NCBI GenBank assembly: GCA_051362555.1 | Contig: CM120641.1 | Span: 45,886,401-45,950,400, forward strand | Direction of reading: 5' to 3' | DNA: 64,000 nt | DNA from: Lingula anatina | Taxonomy: Eukaryota; Animalia; Brachiopoda | Part shown: one piece after another, positions 13,001 through 25,000 of the stretch | Numbering within the stretch: position 1 is the stretch's first letter | How the letters are laid out: each line of letters opens with the position of its first letter | Notes under the pieces: generated by a model | Told to the model about the DNA's origin: nothing | Seen by the model: only the letters and a program-made list of their open reading frames with translations | Databases searched by the model: none | Program-made: the position numbers and the translations under genes

Positions 13001-16000
13001 TTATTCAGTCTCATAAATAATCGCAGACGACCATTAGCCGCTGAATGGAGGAACAACAACCTGACAGCGCGTAAAAAGAGTCCCTGTGAAAATTATTGTC
13101 AATTTACCTTGTTCTCATGCCACAAGTTCAAAGGGCCTCGAGAAAAAGTGTTTATAAAACAAAAACCGGAGGAAAATTCCGTAGTGCAATTTCACTAGCC
13201 CGCGGCCATACTGCAAGGATGGGTCTATATATCTTGCCTATCTCGTCCTATCCGAATCCACCATCTTTGAGAGGTGGTTTAATTTCCTGTTGATAACTCC
13301 AGAAACGTTGACATTGGGGGGAAAATTAAAAGAAAGTAACACGATACGGAATGGGGATTATGCCGCTTGAAATGATAATGGGGAGGAAGTGGAGGTGGGT
13401 CGGGTGAAATTTTCTTGATTTTTATCTGATTATTTCACAGGTGTTTTGGATGGCCATCGGTTTCGGTTGTACGCTTATCTAACCCCTCTTCCCATTCTTC
13501 TTCACCTTTCCTTATCTTTTTATCCCCTGTCCACGCCGATCATGACCTTAGGTATTTATTTTTAAAACTTTCCCTTATTTTTAATTTTTTTTCCTATGGT
13601 AAATCCATGGAAGGCCTGGCGCTATATTCCTCCCTTTCCCATATGTTGTATTGAACTAGTTCACTGTCTCCACACACACTGTCGCTTGTGCAGATATAAC
13701 TGGGTTTAGACACGAATATTATCAACGAAATCTGAAAACTGCAAATTTAGAAAAAGGTGGTGGAAGAGGGACGGTGTCAAATCTTCTAGCTTCCGGCGAT
13801 ACAATTAGTTTTCTGAGGTAAATGACAGGTCTGTCCCCGGGTCGGTGATAAAAATCTCGGGTAAACTTGACGAGTCAGCTCGGAGACAATGTCAATACTA
13901 CGCAAAAACTGAATATCCTTTCGGAAAGAAGATCCTTATTTGTTTAATATTTCTAAATACACAGGCCCTTTGACTTCACTATCTTGCCAAATGAAATAAC
14001 TTGTGATTGCTCGTTTTGAATATAATTATTTCTTTTTTTTTGTGATCACGTTCATTGAAACTATATATCGTTTGTCTCCGACTTTCAATGGCTTCTCATT
14101 CACCTGCAGATGTCGGAATCTTACAACAGAAATCTAGAAACCTCATTACACCAGTTGTCCTTAGATCAATTTTCGGCGCACTGTCGCCGGTTTGTTACCA
14201 TACTTCAAATGAAGGGTGATTACATTTTATATATATAACAAAGCCTTTATTCAAATCCAAAGAAAAAAAAGAAGTTCGGATTGCGGCCCATTTATAGAAT
14301 GGTGGGCTATCAGCCATTTGCGATCGTCGCTCTATACTATACAGGTCTTAACTCCACAGGTGGCGAGGCCTTTCTTATGGCCTCCCTGTATATCTCTCCA
14401 GTTTTAATGGGCTCCGCGTCGAAATTCGAACCCTCTTGGGATTGCGTGTCAAGATCGACAATAATGTCAGTTCGTTCTTTCCTGCAAGGCTCTGTTATAG
14501 AACAGTGAAGTCACGCACGGGGGAAGTCAAGGCAGCCCTCGATAACGGGGCAACACTGTTAAAATGAACAACGTAACGGAGAGTTTGTTTATTAGGGCAT
14601 GCTTAGCTAACCAAGTGTAAACGGAAAACCCCCTTCTTCCATCTTCACTGTTGCTATTTTTACCCACTTTTTCCACGCCATTGCCCTTGCGCTGCATCTC
14701 TCACACCTGGCTGCAAGTATTTTCATCATGTTATGAGAGCTTCCCTAGGTATCGTCTGCTAGACAAATCGTAGGCGCTCTCGAGAGCTACTGTTGCTGTG
14801 CCGAAACTTGTGGTGAACCTTTTTCATCGTCACATGACTCTTTCATTCCAACTTAAAAAAACACAGCAATTTGAGAGGCCAAACAAGCTATCAGTTTCGA
14901 AGGCGCACAATTAGATCGGTTTCTCTTCACCCTTTGGGTTTTTTCTCGGTTTTATATTTTGGCCCCGAGGGCTTCTATTGTCCGCGTGAGCTCGTCATGG
15001 CAGAGATTGATGGAGGAGAGACCCCGGTCGTGATTGCATTTTGCTCTGAAGGTACTCGTCTACCTGGGGGACGGTTTCCCGGGTTCTTCCAATAATTTTA
15101 CCTGGGCCATTAGTCTTAAGGCGCACTGTGACTGCTGTGATTGGACGCCTGGACTCTATTGAAGCGTGGGAAAGAAGACTCCACAAAACTGTCGTCTGCT
15201 TGACGACCAGGCACTGAAGGAATTCATGAATGCACACCTTTTAAGTATTGAATCAATCAAGGGAAACGAATCGTACACACAATGTGGTCATCTCAACGAC
15301 ATGTTCGCACCGAGCGATATAAATCAAATGATGAAATGACCAAAAATGTCTGTAGTTAATAGAAAACGCAAAACAAAGTGGTTTTGTCGGAAATATATTT
15401 TGCTTACACAAAGGCCCATTCACTTCCCATTGTACTTAACTGTCATGAAAGTGGAAATATTACAGTGAAATAAAACCAACTGCAGTATCGCTAAACTCGC
15501 AATTATTAAGAAATTGAGTTGCACCAGTCACGTGATAATTCTCTAACTTCAGTCCCTTGCACGAAGTTGGAGTAACATTTAACAAGAGTCACTTATTTAG
15601 AAGTTGGCGTTGTCCTGAGGGAAGAAAAATCATCAAAACGTCTATGTTGTCTTAAGAATAGTCCTACTTATGTAAAGCGTTGCTCAAAGTTTGTTAACGC
15701 CGTAGGTGTGTCTTGAAACAAGCATAGGTGAATATTTAGGAAGAACCTGCTCTTCCTTGTTATTTTGAAATTAAAATATCATCACGGACTCGAATCTAAT
15801 TAGAGAGCCTTGAATTCAACATACTTTAGGGAAAAATGCACTCAAATTATCATTATAAGAGGACCTTGCTTTGTTGTCGGAGGATGTGGTGTCGATATAA
15901 ATTTTCTCTTGAGCCATTAAAACTTAATGAAGCAAAGGTGATGTTAGACAGGTCGGTCGAGATTTAAATACGGTACTGTGTGCTGCTGCCATCTGGGGGC

Positions 16001-19000
16001 CGATCGGTGAACTAATATTCATTGCTCAATCCCGAGTTTGGCGTTTTTACCCACGATCCTGCATGCAAAGCGGTACGAAACGTGAAACTTGTAACTCGCG
16101 GATCTGACCGAAAATGTATTATGAGCTTTTTTTTACTCACTAGAAGATCCTGCAACGGTGAGAATACTTATCGTTCTGTCGTGCTAAGGTCTATCTGCAC
16201 TTGCACTCCGGTAAACAACGCTGAAAAAAAAGAATCATAATTCCGCGTAGCACACGATTCTTGTACGTGCCACTTGATGGATTTTTATTGGCACGTGAAC
16301 ATATCAGGAAAGAGTACAGAAGCTTAATTTTGAGATAGGAAGTCTGTGAGTTGACTACGGAACGAATGTAGGAAGTTATCTCAAAAATATGAAATACGTT
16401 ACTTGTCAACGGAACAAATGTAGAATATCTCATTTTTGAAACATAAAATAAGCGACCTGTCTTTGGAACGGACGATTATGGGCGATACGTGCTCTGAGAA
16501 GACTTAAACTCTTCTTCAAATTTTTGTTAAAAAAAAAGTAAAAAGGAATTTTTATGCATGGTAAGGTTGTTTGAATTCAGCACAGATGAAATATAATGTG
16601 CAGCGAAATGTTATATTAACCATAATAATATTAATCTTAATACATACGAACTATCTATCATTATTGCTAAAAAATGGTAATTATAAGATTCCAGCTGAGC
16701 TAAGAAAAAAGTGGATTGTCTGCTTTGTTCTTGAGGTTAACCGTCCGGTCATTCATGGATTAGTTTATTTAATTATTCGCATTCGAAGATTTCGGGTGAT
16801 TATTAAGTCGATCACAAATAACGTTGGTCTTGTTTGTTCGATTAAAGACGATCAATTACATGAAACGCCATGTACGCGCCGTCTGTGACTAAACAGCGTC
16901 CTCTTCAGATCGAATGATTTAAATGAAACATGATGACACTTCAAAAAAATTGGATGAAAATTGACTTTAATTGCAAGTGTGCTCGAATATAGCTTGTGTA
17001 AGCCGTCTACACCAATCTGATCATGTGTTTTTGAAATAGTGAACGGGTCAGGAGGAAAGGTGAATCGACACGGCATCTTTACCGAAAACTACAGTAAAAA
17101 GAAATCAAAATTGAAGGCTTAAACCTATAAAAGTGACTTTCTAATCAGAGCATGAAACGCGCATTCGTTGCACTATCCGAACTCTGTCGGCGCATTTCAC
17201 CCAACATGTTGCTTGACATGCAAAAGGATGTTACGTCCCAATGTCTTTGTAAATAAATCTTAAGATATTACAGAGGAATAAAAGACGTTGACATGGATGA
17301 CATAACCAAGAAAATTGAGATGGCATCTGCAATTTCCTGCTAGGCGAAGCCTGAAGCTGACTGAACACCTTTTACAAAGTTAACGCACGAGGCGGGAAAT
17401 TTTAGCCCTTTACAAACGATAATTTAACCCTGATCGCCGAGGGGCGAGGCGAGGCTGGGTTGAAAAGTATTCCCTTCTACACCTACTGTTCGTATAACAA
17501 GAGAAATATGTATTACTTTTCTATGTTAAAAAACTGAACTGCACTGAATATATAAGGTGAGGAATCACGCATGCGTTTTACGAGAACACGACTTTCGGCA
17601 ACTTGTTTTCATCATTTCTCTAGAGACTTTCTCCAAAAAATAAAAGAAGAAAAAATATACAAATTAACCGCTAAGCGTCAACACAGGTGTTTCGACACTT
17701 AAACCACACGACAACATTAAGGGACGCCTTTTAACTAAACTAAGGTGTTTGTCAATCAAGTACCGTTGGTGTTCGCATTAAATAGGTATCCCCCTTTCTA
17801 CGCAAGTTGTCGAGCGTGGCGTACTTTGAAAAAAAGGCTGCGGTTTGACCACTGCGTCTAAGTCCACACCACTGGGGTTGCCTGACCAGAATGGGGCGGG
17901 AGTAGAGTGACGGAGATACACAACTTGTTGCTGGCCGCGGCATAGCTCAGAGGGATTTCAGAGACAGTTTCAAGCCGAGGAGAGTTGTCTGTGCATATAT
18001 CAACACAGGATATCAGTTACATCATTTACATACGATTATTCCACCGCTGGCCCAGGCGAATGTGGGGGAGCGGGCCCTTTAACGTATGAAGTAGCGAACA
18101 TACCGCACATACGTTGCCGATGCGTAGAGTTGACGAAATCTACCTCGAAACCTGACAGTGCATAGATACTAGCCCACAGCTGTGCCGAGAGCGCACGCAG
18201 ACACTCTTTGAACTTTCGGCAGAGCCCTGAGATCAGTTGACGGAAGGAAATTTCGCAGTTTCTGAGCTAACAGGCGGCAGAGGCTGCAGCTTCTTTGCCA
18301 CTGAGCATACAATCAGGCGGGACCTTGGAAAGAGGAGGCCACCGATTAAGTTTAAGCTGTTGAGTGTTGAGTTCCCCCGCACAAAGTTCGCCACCAACTT
18401 CAACCTTTTCATGAATGGTGGAGGTTAGCGCGAGCAGCAGCAACAAGCCAAGCGTGCCAGAGCATCGCCGTGGTGTGATTCCATAGAAATGATGTACATC
18501 AGTGAACCATATCCCTACCAATACAATCCTAAACCCGAGTATTATCACCCGAAACCGACGCAATACGCGGCCTGTGCCTACGAGGACGTCGGCCGGTTCG
18601 CTCACCACGCCGCCACCGCCGCCGGATTTCACGAGGCGTACCACGGGGCCGTGAACCACCACCCCCTTGCTGGCACTTTTTACAGCTACAGCAGTTGTGC
18701 TAAAAGGGGGCGAGCCAAAGGTAGGGGGAAGTTAGTTCCGGGAGCATTGTTTTCTCATTACTTACTTATCATGTGTTGTTTGCTTTGGAATCCTCCAGCG
18801 AGTGCGACGACGATGATAATTGTGCGTCGTTGATCAATCTGGACGAGTTTCTTGCTCAGAATTCTTAATGGCCATGATAATCACTCCGCCCGTGGGGTTT
18901 AATGCACTGATTATAAACGACAGGAGCCAACAAGTCCTTCCCCCTTATAAATAATAATAATAAATTTACACTGAGGTAATATTGGGGATTATTAATATTT

Positions 19001-22000
19001 CACAAAAAGGCGTGAAATAACGACAGTGTGTTTAAATCTCAATCAAATTGTGTTCATATTTATTTAAAACATAACAGAGCTGTTTTGTCAATTTAGATTT
19101 TTTTCAAGTTGGCTGCACTCTTATAGAAGTGATTTACTCCATTAGTGGGATAATCTTTCTTCATTATGCGCCCCTTTTTCAACTTGACCTTTTTGTTTTA
19201 TGCGGGTTTTTGTGTGGAAGCCTCGTGTACACCAGGTTGAAGTAACGAAATGTTCCTTAAATGCATACCAACCTATTTTCTCTCATCTTTATAACCTCTA
19301 GAAAAAGCATACATTTCCCGTTAATGTCAAATTGATACGAGATGATGAAATAAAATGATGGTACGACAGACTTAAATGATTTATAAGGATAAACTAAATG
19401 AATTGGATGTTTGCTATACTGTTATGATTAACCTAAAGTAGCCTCTACTACCGCATCTAGTATATAATCAACTTACCCATAATATAAGAAAATTAGATGC
19501 CAGACTTTAATGTATGTTTTTCTATTCATAAATAACAAGAATTAATATCAGATAATAACTCAAATTGATTGAATTAGGTAAAGCAAGGAAATAGTCGTGG
19601 TTTGTTTACCACTAGATGTCGCTGTTGAATTAAATTGAAAAAATCTCAATTCAATAACAATAATTACAAAACTATCTAAATTTAACTTAACATTAATTAA
19701 TCAGCAAACGTAAAACTATTTTTAAAAACCAGTCGTTCCTATTTTGATTTTGTTCCTTTTATTTCGTTTCCAATTTTTAAAGTTTGTACAACGACCGCCG
19801 CGCACGGCAGACGACATTCACGCACCGTATTACCTGCTGGAGGCAATTGAATAGAAAACGACATTTTGCCGATTTCAAGACAAATTGACATTTTTCGTGC
19901 CATAGGCATTATCACCATACATCGCGGAAGCACTTCTAAAGCCGGCTAGATATATATATAGCGTTAAGTGTAAAACCAGCCATGGCAAGAAAAGATTGCA
20001 TTGTTTTCGTTAAATCCATTGTCAATGATTTTTGCCTTTCCTGTAATTTATTAGAATGTAATAATTAATAGCATGAGTCGTTAAGAGGAGTGTTAAGTTA
20101 CAGCCCGGCCCCCAGAGACGCTATGGATCCCCTTGGAGAGTTGGTACATTTCTCTTAATCTTGACAGGTAAAATGTGAGAAAAACTTGATAATCTAATTA
20201 GGGATTCGTCCTCATTTTTCAACCAGCGTTCACACGCAGTTTCATCTCGCCCACATGGTTTTTGTGTCGTCCTTTGAATTATTTACAGGACAATTAATAA
20301 ACAACACATTTTAAAATTTGATATTTATTGTGTGACAGAGAACATGGCGCTCTATCAGTACATAAAAAAGACAACGTCCTTACGGTCGGATGACGCCTTT
20401 TTTTTCTAACGGATTAGGATATTGAAATTTTCTCGTGATCACCCAGTATACTAACGCGAGAGAGAGGTGATTGAAAACTCCTGGTAATTTGCCGATCACG
20501 CAAAACGATCGTAAAGGTAGGGAGGCCTTCGTACATTCTGGGAAAAAAACAATTCGATTTAAATCGATTCGTTAGGATTGAAGACGAATTTAATCAAAGA
20601 GGAGGGCGCTAAACAATTTTGTGCACAATAGCGAAGCGCTCTTGTGCGTGGTACGCCTGGTAGCACTTGGCGACGCATTCTAGAGTTAACCAAGAATTTT
20701 CACATTTTTCCATGCAAATTTCTCATTAGTTCTATGTTTGAATTAGTAATAAAATGTCAGGTGGCAGGTAGTCATAAGCAAACATGGCTTTCTGGCATGA
20801 ATAGCGCACATGGGAAGAAAGCCCACTTCCCAGTATGTGTGAACAATGAACTTGGTCCCGGTGGTGCGGTATAAATGTTTTATCAATTTAATACTAAGTT
20901 CATTATTTAAACATAAAATCAAGAAAAATTGAAATTTTTTTCTCGGCCATTGCAGCTGGATTTTATTTGAAAAAAAAAAATGGGAATGGATGATAAACGT
21001 ATTTACTCGCATTGTCTTGCCAATTATAGGTTCTGTGTTTCATGACATGATTAAAGAGTTATTCTAAAACAATCTAAGGAACATGATTTGATAAGAAATC
21101 ATCACGTAGGAAAAAATACGCCGTTAGATGAAGCTTAATCACCCGGAACATGACACATTTGGCTGTAAGAATATCGCACTAAATCCAAGAAAACCAGAAA
21201 GAATTAAGATACATAGACCCAGCATTAAGTTCATTCCGAGTTAAGTCATTAGACGCAGACTTATCATTGTTTACAACATTACCCGGCGTAGAGCAGCGTT
21301 CCAGAAAGTTGGACAGAATTTATCACCATTTGACAAAGAATAATATCATTCAATGCAATCGAAGTTCTGCAAACCGCGGTGACATTGAGTTTTTATTATT
21401 GCAAATTCAGACTTCATATTTCCCTTTGGTTGAAAGAGAAGGCAAAACTTAATTCAGATGTAAATACTGATTTCAGGGTTTGGAAATTGAAGAAAAGGGA
21501 ATTCGTTTTTTACTTTCATATACTGTGGGCACGACGTCCAAGTTCAGGTGCAAGGTTGTGGGCGGTAAAACACTTGGGTTAGTCATATTATGGCAATATC
21601 CACAACTTCAATAACTTCCATTTTTTCACATAGAGCCTTTATAACATAAAATGTGACCTTATTTCTGATATTGAAAAAAGGAGAAATGCTTCGAATAACA
21701 GATGATTAAATATCCGATTAGCTGTATTTTATTGCCCTGTTACCGATGTGTAAAAAAATCTCAGTATATTTTTCTTTATTTGAATTCACCAAACAGGAAA
21801 AAATCACCACGCTGTTTATTTTGCATCCGCAGGCAAAGCGCCTCAGTTCGAGATTGGTCTGCTGACAAGTTGGTACACGAATGAACTAAAATTAATTAAG
21901 CAATTAATTTGAGAAAAGTTACTGGTAATGAATTACGTTCGCGTATACACAGTCCAATTTCGAGAATAACAAGGCGGCTAATAATGATGAATGACCGTGA

Positions 22001-25000
22001 GACTGATACAAACGCCAAGCAGTATAAGAAAAGGAGCTGTGTAAGGGCCAGCACGAGATAGTCCTTGTTCCCAGGAATATGATATAAGGGTCTCCGTAAT
22101 ATTGTGGAGTGTTTTATGACTGGTGTTGTACACAGGTTCACTGGTGTAGTTAACATGTGCTGACACATGTCTGGGTTGAGGAAAACATTACGCCCCATTA
22201 CGTGACTCTGTGATAAAGCTTGTTGAGGAATTTCTCGCTGGTCTTTCTCTCAAATTTGCCCCAGGCTACGGTGTCTGTCGTGGGTACCTTTAATTTGATA
22301 GCTCAGACGTGGATTGCATGTAGGGGATTAATTCACTGTACCCGAGCCAAGTTGGAAAAGAAATCCACATTCCTTATGATAAAAGCAAAGAGCCCACGCA
22401 CATTGTAAAATTCTATGACTAAAATATCGCACGACAATACCGAAATTATTTATCATCAATTCAAACATTCTAGCTGGAGATTTATGGGGTATTTTTTTCA
22501 CCAATAAATTTACAAATTTTAAGGATAAAAACTGAAAGGCCAAATCATTAAAATGTCTTTCTCATAAAAAATACCAAGACTGTTTATTGTGTTATGTTTT
22601 GGTTACCAAGATTTTTGCGATTAAAATGATGAATATGTCACTTTTTATATTTATATTCAAACGTCTTTTGAAGAGTGTTTTTTTGTATGTTTTTTTTTGT
22701 CCCATGTTGATTAATGGGCAGGATTTTTTTGTCTACTTTAATTTATTTGTCACTTCTCGCAAGTAAGGGTTATTGTGACGAACTAATTAATTTTATCAAA
22801 AATTAAAATTAAGGGTTTGGAAACCACCGAGTTTAGGTTTGAAGCAGACGATAAACTGACAAATTATCTAACCAGTACCCCAAATGAACTGTGTTTTAAT
22901 CCTGCAAAAAAATCTCATGTTCTTTTTTCATTGACTGGCATTTGCATACATTACAATAGTGTTCATTAAGGTCGCCCGTAAAACGCCTCTGGCTGCTGCT
23001 CTTCTCCAGCCAACAATGACTGCGACAAGGATCCAAGTTACAGTTTCAGAAAAAAGGAAGAACAGTGAAGTGCTGACGGAAATGGAGCGTTGCTCCTCTG
23101 CAACACGATATTTAATGGGAAAAAACGGAAGATAACACAAATACTGGGCAATTTTCAGAACTTGTTTATCACCGCTCTTGCTGCCTATTACTTTTCATAA
23201 GTCCCCATTGTTTTTCGGCGGATACGGCTTGATTAAAAATGTACTTAGATTTCGCGATTTTTGCACTTTGTCTCCTCCTCGCAAAAAAAATTAATAAAAA
23301 CGCAAATTGCTGCTGATCCAAATACGGATTCGAACGCTTTGAAGGCTACCTATCTTTCAACAGTATCGTGTGCGGAATTCAAGTTCTTTTCTTTCGAGGA
23401 AATAAGTTAAACATTTTTCATCAAACCTAACCTGCGGGTTTAAAGTTATTTCATTTCGAAAACCTAATAGGCGACCCACTGAATGTCTGTCCTATAGTCA
23501 TTTCTTTCTTTTTTTAACGACCTGTATATCCCTTTGATCTAGTTGTCAAGGTTTTTTGTGTCAGGTAGCAGGCTTGGCCATTTCTCGGTCATCACCCGGC
23601 GGGGAAGACACTCCATTATGGTTGACTTCCCGTCGTTTTACGGCCGGAGTGCGCTTAAGTGCTTCCCAGTCAGCATAGCCCAGGTCCCAACAATTAGCAT
23701 TACAGCCCGCAATTACGTTCAACATTCCGTGACAGGACTGTCAAGTTATTTCCACGCTTATGATCTTGCTGTTTAATTACATTTAAAATTCCTATAAATT
23801 TTAACTTTAATACCTATGCGGTTTAAATGGAGCGTCCCGCGCTGGGGAGACATTTCTAAAGCTCTAACCATTGATAGTGCTCAAAAGTAAGGACTCCTGT
23901 AGTTTTATTGTCGGTACTTTAGAAATTGAAGAAATAACCTCACAGCTTTTATGTTGCTCTAGTATTTACCTTGGGTTTTTGGTTAGTTTTTTTTCTTGTA
24001 TTTTTGACATGGAAATGTGAATGTCGGTGCACGTTGCAATTCCGCATCGCTGCTTCCATAGTTTTCGAATTAAGTGGGACTTTTCATACTGCCGCGTCTA
24101 ATTCAATCTCAAACTGTCCAATTTCTATTGAACATCTTTTCCACCTAAAACCAATGTGATATATCTCAGTGTTACACTCACCGGGAACAAAGCTTTTCCA
24201 TTTTGTTCTATTTTCTACAACGGCTGCTTTGTGTAGTGGACAGTCACCGTCTACCAGCCGAACTATAACATTTAGTTATTCAAGTTTATATATTAAAATA
24301 ATCAAAATTCAAGAAACGAAACAAAAAAGTTTGAAATAGAAAAACGGTTCAAAAGCCTTGAATTTTATGGGTAAATATCAAAACGGTGATATTTTATCTT
24401 CATGTTATATGGATTCCCTAGGGGATAAAACCAACACATCAGAGGTCTCCAAAGACCGAAGACCTGTTTAACTTATTCAGCCGTACATATATTTTACTAA
24501 TTAAAAAACGATAATGCGCAATAACATCCAAATAACGAAATCGTCCCCGTGAAGCACACGTGTGAAAAGTGGCGCCGCTTATCGATTTAGACCCTATTTT
24601 GTACTCCATGGGGACGCATCGCGCGAGAGGAACTTTTCATCATTTCGCTAAGGTGGCCATGGATTCCTGCGTTTGTGACGATTTTGATAATTTCGTGAGA
24701 AGTTTCAAAATGAAGAAATCCATTATTTTGGCAGAAGATTATTCAGTGGTGACAGAAAATCTAAACCACATACGTCACCGATTTCGTTTGTTTATTTTTA
24801 GACCAGTAGTTCGTATAGTTATCTGTTTGTTAATTTTTTCTGAGCAGATTAATTATTTCATAGGTATTTTTACAAACAACGGCTGTTCTTCATATGAATG
24901 AAAACTTTATATGCAATCTCACAGCTTTACAATTACTTAAAATTATTTTGTTGAAGATGGTTCCCACGGACAATCAAAACAGTATTTTATATTCAACACT

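Noticed and set aside
18267-18662. 131-aa minus-strand ORF (similar antisense ORFs at 29845, 32995 and 36396)
   Set aside because: Shadow ORFs of GC-rich + strand exons, with no protein-like features.
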